A stretch of DNA of 64,000 nt. Origin: a bacterium. Its GTDB lineage: Archaea; Thermoplasmatota; E2; JACPAO01; JAHFTW01. The notes beneath the pieces are model-generated. The model searched no databases. It worked only from the letters and a program-made list of their open reading frames with translations, and was not told the origin of the DNA. Every line of letters starts with the position of its first letter. Position 1 is the first letter of the stretch. Shown here in pieces: positions 57,398 through 64,000 of this stretch. Where the stretch lies: assembly GCA_040390065.1 (NCBI GenBank), contig JAZJZE010000004.1:64001-128000 (forward strand), written 5' to 3'. A program made the position numbers and the translations under genes.

Positions 57398-57559
57398 CTA
57401 AAGTCCCTCCCGGTCTGACTTCTGTTTCAAGCAGTTGAGGTCAATCCCGTTGGCGAAGGCGTGGTAGATCAGGACGGTTAGGTTGTAGGCCAAGACCTTG
57501 CAGAGCAGTTCGTTTTCTTGGGCGACGCGGTTCTTTGACCGGAGGAAGTCGCCGACTGC
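57398..57559 (-). pseudogene. C-terminal remnant of a DDE transposase
   Basis: AVGDFLRSKNRVAQENELLCKVLAYNLTVLIYHAFANGIDLNCLKQKSDREGL*, homologous to LGDQVYSRDPEARRNEVLCMVIAHNL of 37650-38987; stop lies inside the TIR. Confidence 0.85.
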
Positions 57560-57793
57560 CTAGTAAGATGGCCACGGTAGAGCTATGCCTAGCTCTGACA
57601 AGTCGCTGCGTGTTCACGACGCAGCGGCCGGCCCTTCGCAACCCCTATCGACCTAGCGGAGCGGAGGCCGCATTCAGCCTTGGAGTTTTCCTCACAGAAA
57701 TCCAGGGATTTTTCGGGATTGGGCCCGGTGTAGCCAGTGCTGCTAAGACAACAGGAACCCTTCCGTTTTGGGCTAATTGCCCAGGAAACCAAG

Positions 57794-58381
57794 ATGAAGA
57801 CCATATTTGCCGTAGGAGTCGTGCTGTTGATGGGGCTTACAGTTGCCCCTCTAGGGAAGGCGGATCCAGACCCATGCCAAGCCATTGGCCAGCAATGCGA
57901 CCAGCTTCCGACCAACCTGTGTCCTGGAGTTGGCAACTACCCGTCCTGCGCATTCGGCCTCGCATGCGCCCACGGCGTGGACGGCTGCCTGCCCCATGTG
58001 CCGCCCATTCCAACCTATAAGACCGGCGACGTATCCACAAGCGCCGGGACAAGGCAGTGGTGCTCGGGGCCCGACGCAACGCACAACGACGTCTGGTGCC
58101 ACAAGGCTTTCCCCAAGCATGACATCGTGGAATACGGCATGTACTACTCCGCCAATACATGGGGCACCAACCATGCGAGCTACACCGACCAGTACACCGG
58201 CGATTGGTGGTACCTCCAATTCAAGGGCAACGGCATCGTTGACGAAACGTGCAGCGAATCCGGAGGCGACGGCGAATGGGTGGCCAGCGACGTCTTCGGA
58301 GGCCTCAGCGAAGACACCTCCGCACCCAACTGCGACCGTCTTCCATGGGGCGCCTGGGGAGCCTACGTGGAATACGCCTAG
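57794..58381 (+). CDS. Secreted Cys-rich protein
   Basis: Signal peptide; 10 Cys; Trp/Tyr-rich C-terminal half. Confidence 0.7.
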   Translation: MKTIFAVGVVLLMGLTVAPLGKADPDPCQAIGQQCDQLPTNLCPGVGNYPSCAFGLACAHGVDGCLPHVPPIPTYKTGDVSTSAGTRQWCSGPDATHNDVWCHKAFPKHDIVEYGMYYSANTWGTNHASYTDQYTGDWWYLQFKGNGIVDETCSESGGDGEWVASDVFGGLSEDTSAPNCDRLPWGAWGAYVEYA

Positions 58382-58384
58382 GAC

Positions 58385-59266
58385 ATGACTCAAGCACGAC
58401 TTGCCGGGGCGCTTGCGGTCATGGTCTTGCTGAGTGCATGCGCAGGACTCGATGACGGCACAACGACGACCAAGCATTCGTCCCCGCCAAACCCCTTCCT
58501 CTCTCTTCCCAATCACTACATGGCCACAGGACTCCCCAACGACACGTACCTAGCGATAGGTTTCGAGATTTCCTCGAAGTCAATGTTCCTGGCTACCTTC
58601 CATTACAATGCGACCTGGAAGAACGCCGGTGCATCATGGGAAATGGAGGAAGTCATGCGCCTCGACGGCGGCCACCTCATCGTCGACCCCTACCAAGGCG
58701 GCGGCGCCAACATCCTCTGCGTCAGACCAAGTGCGCCATGCGAAACCCAAGACCTGAATGCGTCTGGGCCAGCGGATTATGGCGGCACGCTTGAACCAGG
58801 CCGCTACGTCGCTCAAGTCGCCGCCTTCAGCGCAACCCGCGCGGCCCTTGCCATTGATGTGGCCTTGCGCACAAATGCTACGGTCCTCTGGATTCAACAT
58901 GGAAAGGCAGAATTGGTTCGGCCGAGTCTCCGGTCCACGGACCACTACGTCGCAGAAGTCATGGCCAACGAACCATTCTATGCCAGGGTTTCTTCATCAG
59001 ACCGCGGCTTTGGCGTAAGACAATGGAATATCACGCAGGACTTCAGCCTCGCAGCCAACTTTACACCGCAAATGGCGGGACCCCACTCGAACATTCGGTG
59101 GCATGACGCTGTGTCTGGTACGGACTCCTATTGGGCAGGATTCGTCGGACCTGCAGGGTTCTGGCAATTCCAATGCGTCCAAGACCCATCCTACCAACCC
59201 GTCGCATGTCTCGTTGGCATCGTTTCGTCGCCCAGATTCGCGAACCAAGCCGGCGAAATCTCGTAG
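58385..59266 (+). CDS. Lipoprotein of unknown function
   Basis: LLSAC lipobox; starts 3 nt after the upstream stop. Confidence 0.7.
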   Translation: MTQARLAGALAVMVLLSACAGLDDGTTTTKHSSPPNPFLSLPNHYMATGLPNDTYLAIGFEISSKSMFLATFHYNATWKNAGASWEMEEVMRLDGGHLIVDPYQGGGANILCVRPSAPCETQDLNASGPADYGGTLEPGRYVAQVAAFSATRAALAIDVALRTNATVLWIQHGKAELVRPSLRSTDHYVAEVMANEPFYARVSSSDRGFGVRQWNITQDFSLAANFTPQMAGPHSNIRWHDAVSGTDSYWAGFVGPAGFWQFQCVQDPSYQPVACLVGIVSSPRFANQAGEIS

Positions 59267-59361
59267 GGTCAACCTCCGACTTTTGTTCCAAACTGGCTCC
59301 CTGGCCGACGTTAGACACGGAGCCGGTGCCGGTCATGCCGGGCGCAACGGAGCCGATTGGC

Positions 59362-60150
59362 TCACTCGTCGTCGCCGTCGGGCTTTGCGCCTTCTTCCTC
59401 GGACTGGGGGGGCGCCGACGCTTGGGCAGCTGCGGCTGCGTCGTCCTTGGCCTTTTTCTCGGCGTCGGAGGCACTGGAGCCGAATTCGGCGCGCAGCTTC
59501 ACCATGGCGTCCTCGTCCTCGAACTTCTTCAGGAAGTCGGGTTCGACGGCCTCCGTGACGTAGACGGACTTGCCGGCGCGGAAGATGAAGTTGCAAGCAT
59601 CGGAGGCGCGCTTGACGTCCACTTGCAGCAGGATGGGGTCGGGGTTGTGCACGCGGCCGGCGGAGTACGCCTTGTCCGGTGTCGCCGACAAGTGGATCAT
59701 GTTGCGGTCCGACGGGCGCAATCCCGTCTCGAGGACCAGGTCCAACTCTTCCTCGGAGACGGGGAAGTAGAGCGTGTCGACATTTGCCTCGGGCAGGTCG
59801 TCCAGGTTGACGTTGACCGAGTGCGCGTACGTGGCGCGAATCATGCCGCCATCGATTTGGTAGCGGCCTTTCTCGTCGGTCTCGACGAGGGCCTGGATGT
59901 GCTCGGGGCGCAGCCAGCGGGCGTAGTTCGGGCGGCTCGCGCGAATGGAATTGACGAACTCGTTGAGGTCGACCCAGCCACGGCCATCCATCGTGAGGCC
60001 GAAGCGCTCCGGGAAGTGACGCAGGATGCCGGCCATCATGCGGCCGATGCGGTCGATCTCGAAGTCCTTCATCACGAAGCGACCGGGCGTGTCGCAAAGT
60101 GGGCAGTTCTCTCCGCGGTAGAATCCATGTGTTCGGCATTGTGCGAGCAT
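59362..60150 (-). CDS. kptA: RNA 2'-phosphotransferase (Tpt1/KptA), archaeal Zn-ribbon type
   Basis: C..HG.YRG..CP.C; ILRHFPERFGL, KGRYQ, IRATYAHS, R..IHLS. Confidence 0.93.
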   Translation of the reverse strand: MLAQCRTHGFYRGENCPLCDTPGRFVMKDFEIDRIGRMMAGILRHFPERFGLTMDGRGWVDLNEFVNSIRASRPNYARWLRPEHIQALVETDEKGRYQIDGGMIRATYAHSVNVNLDDLPEANVDTLYFPVSEEELDLVLETGLRPSDRNMIHLSATPDKAYSAGRVHNPDPILLQVDVKRASDACNFIFRAGKSVYVTEAVEPDFLKKFEDEDAMVKLRAEFGSSASDAEKKAKDDAAAAAQASAPPQSEEEGAKPDGDDE

Positions 60151-60154
60151 GGCA

Positions 60155-60226
60155 AGGGGAGAGAGGGAATCGAACCCCCGTAAACGAGATCTGCAGTCTC
60201 GCCCATAGCCGCTTTGGTATCTCCCC
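60155..60226 (-). tRNA. tRNA-Cys(GCA)
   Basis: Acceptor GGGGAGA/TCTCCCC, discriminator U, anticodon arm CGAGA-CTGCAGA-TCTCG, T loop TTCGATT. Confidence 0.95.
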
Positions 60227-60356
60227 GGACGCAACCGGTGCGGGGGCGCGGCCGGCGCCGGCCCTTCCTACGCGCGCGACGGAAAGGGGGTTATATGAAG
60301 CGATTGGGAGCGCAAACGCCGCGCTCGCCTATCGCCGGAGCCGGTCGGCCCGTGCA

Positions 60357-61082
60357 TCAATGGCAATTCGATGACATGGGAGGCCCGATGGGCAATGCGT
60401 TGGGGTCCGTTAGGGACTCGTACATCGCTTGCGTATTGCGCACGGCAATCGTAATGTTGCCGTCCCGGAAGGAAATGGTCTCAGACCCGACTAGGGGGCG
60501 GATGCTCCCGTCCCGTTCCTTCATCATGGGATGGAAGAAGAGACGCCCTTCGGCATCCGCTGTCATGACAGTATACCAAGGCAATGACGAGCCGCGAACA
60601 TCTTGCAGGCGAGTCTCTGGCGGGGCCTCAAGGGGTTTCGTGGCCTTGAGGTCAAATGCATAGAGAAAGAGGTCGAAGGTGACTCCCTTGCCCTTCCACG
60701 GAATCTCAATGAAGAATGAATCAGGTACCTGCAGCGTCAGGGAGAGGGATTCACCGTTCGGCCCGCTGAGATTCATGGTACCTACGTGGGCGTCCGCATG
60801 CACGTTTGAGGAAAACAGCACTCCAAGGTCGCGGGTGCTCGATTCGAACAGGCGGCTGCTACCTCTTGCGTGGTCCGCCTGCTGGACGCAGGTCCATCCT
60901 GCTGGGGGTTCGGTCGCGGTAGCGGCGAACTGGCGCCAGGAAGTGCAGCTCGCCGACAAGTTGTACATTTGGACTGGGCAAGTGCGGTAGGCAGTGGAAT
61001 CCGGCGGGCGACCCGGCCCTGAGGGCCCCCCGCATCCAGCCAGAACGACGGGAATTGCAAGCAAGGCGGCGAGGTAGCGCAT
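60357..61082 (-). CDS. Lipoprotein of unknown function
   Basis: VLAGC lipobox; 8 nt downstream of the 61091 gene. Confidence 0.7.
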   Translation of the reverse strand: MRYLAALLAIPVVLAGCGGPSGPGRPPDSTAYRTCPVQMYNLSASCTSWRQFAATATEPPAGWTCVQQADHARGSSRLFESSTRDLGVLFSSNVHADAHVGTMNLSGPNGESLSLTLQVPDSFFIEIPWKGKGVTFDLFLYAFDLKATKPLEAPPETRLQDVRGSSLPWYTVMTADAEGRLFFHPMMKERDGSIRPLVGSETISFRDGNITIAVRNTQAMYESLTDPNALPIGPPMSSNCH

Positions 61083-61090
61083 GTCCCCAG

Positions 61091-62407
61091 CTAGACAAGG
61101 TCAATGTCGATGGCCTTGTACTCGTAGGCGATGATGCCGGCCGCGGACGTAAATACTCCGGACGCGGGTGCTGTCAGGGCCAGTGTCGAGGTCGTGTCGC
61201 CGCTCGAGTCCGTTCCCGTCACCGTGATCGTCGGGCCGGGCGAATCGTAGGTGGCCGTCGATTTGGAGCGATCCATGCCGCTGGAAAGACCGGGGCCGGA
61301 CAAGAGGATTGACCGCAGGTGGAGCTTCGTGGGAATCGTGGGGATGTTGGTCCCGCCTCCGCCCACGGCAAAGAACTGTCCACAGGCGGATGTTTCCAGC
61401 GCGTCGCTCTGCCAGGCTTCGACGCCATACGCTAGGTTCGCCTGGAAGTAGGAAGCCGCAGGCGGGCTCACCAGTGCAGCGTTGGGCGTTGGGGCCCAAC
61501 CGAATCGGACGCCACCGGTCGCGCTCACGAGGGACCAGGCCCGAAACGTGCCCGTCGAGTCGACCGTTGTCGTCCGGACCGTGAACAGGGAGAGGTGGGC
61601 CGAGCCGTCAGGGCACATGATTCCAGAACCCAGAGACTGGATGACTTGGTTTGCAAGCCATGCGTTCAGGCCGCCGCCCCCAACGTGGATGTGCAGCGGC
61701 GCATTCCAAGTGGTGGCCGTAATCGACGTGTGCGTACCATCCGTGTAACTGTTCGACATGGACGAGCCATAGGTCCGCGTTTCGGAATGGTCGACTTCGC
61801 TACCCGAACCCACCGCAAGAACGGAGAACTTCACGCTAATGGTGTTGGTAGTGGATGTTTCCGTGTGCTGTTCCATGGTTGCGGTGTGCGACGAATCCGT
61901 CGTGATAGTCGAGGTCGACATGTCGATGTGGAAAGCGTAGGTCAACACCGCCGGGTAGTTGGACGTCCACCGGACATGGCTGTCGTAGGCCGCGGCCGTG
62001 CACGCCGGCATCGAATTGATGTTATCCTCCATCATGTGCGGGCTGGCAAAGTGTTCGACGAAATCATCGTCAAACCAGCTATGGGCGATTTCGAAGTTCT
62101 GCAGGAGGGTCGTGGATGAAGCCTCATTGTCGTCCCAGGACAAGTAGAGCATGATGTTCTTGTTGGCAAGCACGTCAGCGTAGCTCTGGCGCTCCTGGTA
62201 CACCGCAAAGCTGTGCGTCGATCCGACATGGTCAACGAGGTCCAGGACTCGGCCGTCCGTGCAGACAACAGATGGGGCTGCGGCCGGCAGGCCCGCGTGG
62301 ACTTGGGGCAGGGCAGCCGAAAGCGCGAGGATCGAGAGAAGGGCGAGCGACCCCGCTGAGGAAATCCGGCGGGGGGCGAGTCTTCGAATTGCGGAACAGC
62401 CTGGCAT
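61091..62407 (-). CDS. Secreted protein with Ser/Thr-rich amphipathic beta-hairpin
   Basis: Signal peptide ending VHA; TETSTTNTISVKFSVLAVGSGSEVDHSETRTYGSSMSNSYT; start uncertain (62407 or up to 62479). Confidence 0.7.
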   Translation of the reverse strand: MPGCSAIRRLAPRRISSAGSLALLSILALSAALPQVHAGLPAAAPSVVCTDGRVLDLVDHVGSTHSFAVYQERQSYADVLANKNIMLYLSWDDNEASSTTLLQNFEIAHSWFDDDFVEHFASPHMMEDNINSMPACTAAAYDSHVRWTSNYPAVLTYAFHIDMSTSTITTDSSHTATMEQHTETSTTNTISVKFSVLAVGSGSEVDHSETRTYGSSMSNSYTDGTHTSITATTWNAPLHIHVGGGGLNAWLANQVIQSLGSGIMCPDGSAHLSLFTVRTTTVDSTGTFRAWSLVSATGGVRFGWAPTPNAALVSPPAASYFQANLAYGVEAWQSDALETSACGQFFAVGGGGTNIPTIPTKLHLRSILLSGPGLSSGMDRSKSTATYDSPGPTITVTGTDSSGDTTSTLALTAPASGVFTSAAGIIAYEYKAIDIDLV

Positions 62408-62503
62408 GGAAACCAAATTTGGGACACGAAGCCCTATGTTAACAGTTTTCCTCATTCCCAGTTTTCCAGCCATCGACATTACCAGGAAGGCGCTGCCCTG
62501 GTC

Positions 62504-62680
62504 ATGCCGAAGAAGGGGCCAATCGGACCGAAGCCGCGCTCAATCGACGGCCTGTTTCGGGTGGTACTGCCGAAAGATGTCCGCGAGGCGCTACATGTTG
62601 ATCGCGGCGACTATGTGGTCTTCAAGGTCGAAGGGAATGTCGTTCGAATTGCGCCCGTGGTTTGGAAGGAACGTGTCTAG
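62504..62680 (+). CDS. AbrB/MazE/SpoVT-family DNA-binding protein (58 aa, not in the ORF track)
   Basis: RSIDGLFRVVLPKDVREALHVDRGDYVVFKVEGNVVRI. Confidence 0.8.
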   Translation: MPKKGPIGPKPRSIDGLFRVVLPKDVREALHVDRGDYVVFKVEGNVVRIAPVVWKERV

Positions 62681-62698
62681 AGGCCAAGCTGCGCCGTG

Positions 62699-63235
62699 TC
62701 ACTTCACTTCCTCGACCCGCCCCGTGTCGTTGTCGTACAGCAACCCGACCACTTCCAAGTCGGGCATCAGCGGGTGCTGCCTGAGGAGGCTCATGCTACG
62801 GCGCACGTTGTCCGCCGGGTCGGCAAAGCCGCCGAGCCAGCGCTGGAAGTCAGGGCGCATGGCCTCCTGAAGCGGAACCTGCGTAGTCTTCGCGATGCTG
62901 CGGGCGATGCGGAACTCGCCGCGCCCGACGAGGGTCATGCCGCATTTGGTGTGGCCGAGGATGGCGACCCGCCGGACGCCGAGGAGGTGGACGGCGATGA
63001 CGAGGCTGCGAAGTGTCCCGTCGTCGAGGAGGTTGCCCGCGTTGCGGATGACCTTCGCGTCACCGTTCTTGAGGCCGAGGACCTTCTCCACGTTGTGCCG
63101 TGTGTCCATGCAGGCGACGACCGCCAGGCCCAAGGCGGGCGGTGTGGCAAGGTCGCGGTCCTGCGGGTCCCATTCGCTCTTGCGGTAGCGCTTGTTGCCG
63201 TCCAGGAGTTTGCGCAGGATGGCGGGCTTGGCCAT
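62699..63235 (-). CDS. Beta-class carbonic anhydrase
   Basis: ACMDTR, IRNAGN, HTKCG zinc ligands. Confidence 0.92.
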   Translation of the reverse strand: MAKPAILRKLLDGNKRYRKSEWDPQDRDLATPPALGLAVVACMDTRHNVEKVLGLKNGDAKVIRNAGNLLDDGTLRSLVIAVHLLGVRRVAILGHTKCGMTLVGRGEFRIARSIAKTTQVPLQEAMRPDFQRWLGGFADPADNVRRSMSLLRQHPLMPDLEVVGLLYDNDTGRVEEVK

Positions 63236-63279
63236 TGCCCGCGGCAGGTGCGGGCTGATGAAAAGCTGTGGGGCGGCGA

Positions 63280-63645
63280 TTAACGGCTCAACGGGTCCAT
63301 GCCGATGGCGATTTCCGTGTACTCGTCAGCCTTGATGACGACGTCCTGCGGGTAGCCTTCGTAGCCGGACTTGCCGACCTGGATGTGGTACGTTCCTGGG
63401 GCCATGTCGCGCTGCACGAACTTGCCCCGCTCATCCGAGGTGAGGAAGTACGTTCCCGGGCTCACGATGACGTTGGCGTCGCCGAGGGGCGTCTGGTGGC
63501 CGTCGTTGGCGTAGACGTTGCCCAGCAGGCCGCCCTTCCCGCTTGCCAAGGGGACTGCGCCGGGGTCGCGGGGCGGATTGGAGCTGCAGCCGCCGAGAGC
63601 CAAAGCCAGGAACGCCAAGGCAAGCATGAACGCGATGCCGCGCAT
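63280..63645 (-). CDS. Carboxypeptidase-regulatory-like domain lipoprotein
   Basis: LGGC lipobox; TSDERGKF...PGTY.I...K.GY. Confidence 0.8.
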   Translation of the reverse strand: MRGIAFMLALAFLALALGGCSSNPPRDPGAVPLASGKGGLLGNVYANDGHQTPLGDANVIVSPGTYFLTSDERGKFVQRDMAPGTYHIQVGKSGYEGYPQDVVIKADEYTEIAIGMDPLSR

Positions 63646-63682
63646 GCCGGCCGATTCCGTCGGTGGGTCTTGGGCCTTTTGA

Positions 63683-64000
63683 TTATCCGGCCGGCTTCAG
63701 GAGGGCGTAGGTCTCGATCGGTGAGGCCGGCGGCCCGATGAAGATGCTCTGCACAATCTTGGCCTTGACGCCGAGGGCCACGCCGACGCCGTTGCAGCCG
63801 CCGTCGCCGACGCAGATGGGGTGGCCGGTCGCGGTGCCGATGTCGCGCGTTGCGCCGTGCAGTTCGTTGTAGAGTTGCGCGTGCGGGAACACGGTCGTCT
63901 CGTACGGCTTGGAGAGGTCGAACTTGATGTTGCGGCCAGCCGTCTCGCCTGTCCGGTTGTCGACCATCTTGGGCTGCAACTGCAAGCGCTGGTACACGGC
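63683..64000 (-). CDS. C-terminal part of a hypothetical protein; 5'-partial
   Basis: Open frame running off the window end. Confidence 0.55.
   Translation of the reverse strand, partial: AVYQRLQLQPKMVDNRTGETAGRNIKFDLSKPYETTVFPHAQLYNELHGATRDIGTATGHPICVGDGGCNGVGVALGVKAKIVQSIFIGPPASPIETYALLKPAG

Larger units (their letters stand above)
57388..59324. mobile_element. 1,937-bp non-autonomous cargo transposon
   Basis: TIR GGCTCCGTGTCTAAAGTC (57388-57405) vs reverse complement GGCTCCGTGTCTAACGTC (59307-59324), 17/18; 9-bp TSD GGTGCCGGT at 57379-57387 and 59325-59333. Confidence 0.92.

Noticed and set aside
60155-62690. tRNA-Cys as attachment site, or TIR-bounded element for the 60.3-62.7 kb accessory genes
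   Set aside because: No duplicated tRNA-Cys fragment and no TIR/TSD pair found by eye. The genes lie 5' of the tRNA.
1-64000. CRISPR array or cas genes
   Set aside because: No regularly spaced 25-40-bp repeats and no Cas motifs seen. The repeated att-like sites are 3-4 kb apart.

Overview
High-GC archaeal chromosome segment, most consistent with an uncultured Thermoplasmatota lineage (aIF5B, TiaS, Dph6, archaeal KptA, AbrB-PhoU regulator, PGF-CTERM-like surface proteins). Bases 1-28.5 kb and 53.9-57.3 kb are mostly housekeeping or lineage-typical (ndk, infB, tiaS, ABC exporter, dus, nadE/nitrilase/dph6, ctaB/ctaA, pst/phoU, MFS, BNR/sialidase-like proteins). The accessory part holds four mobile elements whose ends can be read directly. 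(1) A 267-bp MITE sits in the shared CTAG stop of two convergent genes. (2) A 12.6-kb cargo transposon (28487-41063) has 15-bp TIRs, a 9-bp TSD and an internal SWIM-finger DDE transposase, and carries a giant Fn3-lipase-Kelch protein. (3) A 12.5-kb island integrated at tRNA-Lys(CTT) (18-bp att repeat at 41177/53701) encodes a tyrosine integrase and two serine recombinases. Three equally spaced att-like sites divide it into an integrase module plus two integrase-less cassettes, a candidate integron-like system. (4) A 1.9-kb non-autonomous transposon (57388-59324, 9-bp TSD) has most of its transposase replaced by cargo. A recurring secreted-protein + lipoprotein pair (three cases, one with a beta-pore-forming-toxin-like hairpin) suggests mobile toxin/immunity modules. 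tRNA-Cys(GCA) lies 4 nt upstream of kptA. All product calls come from reading motifs by eye; no database searches were run.
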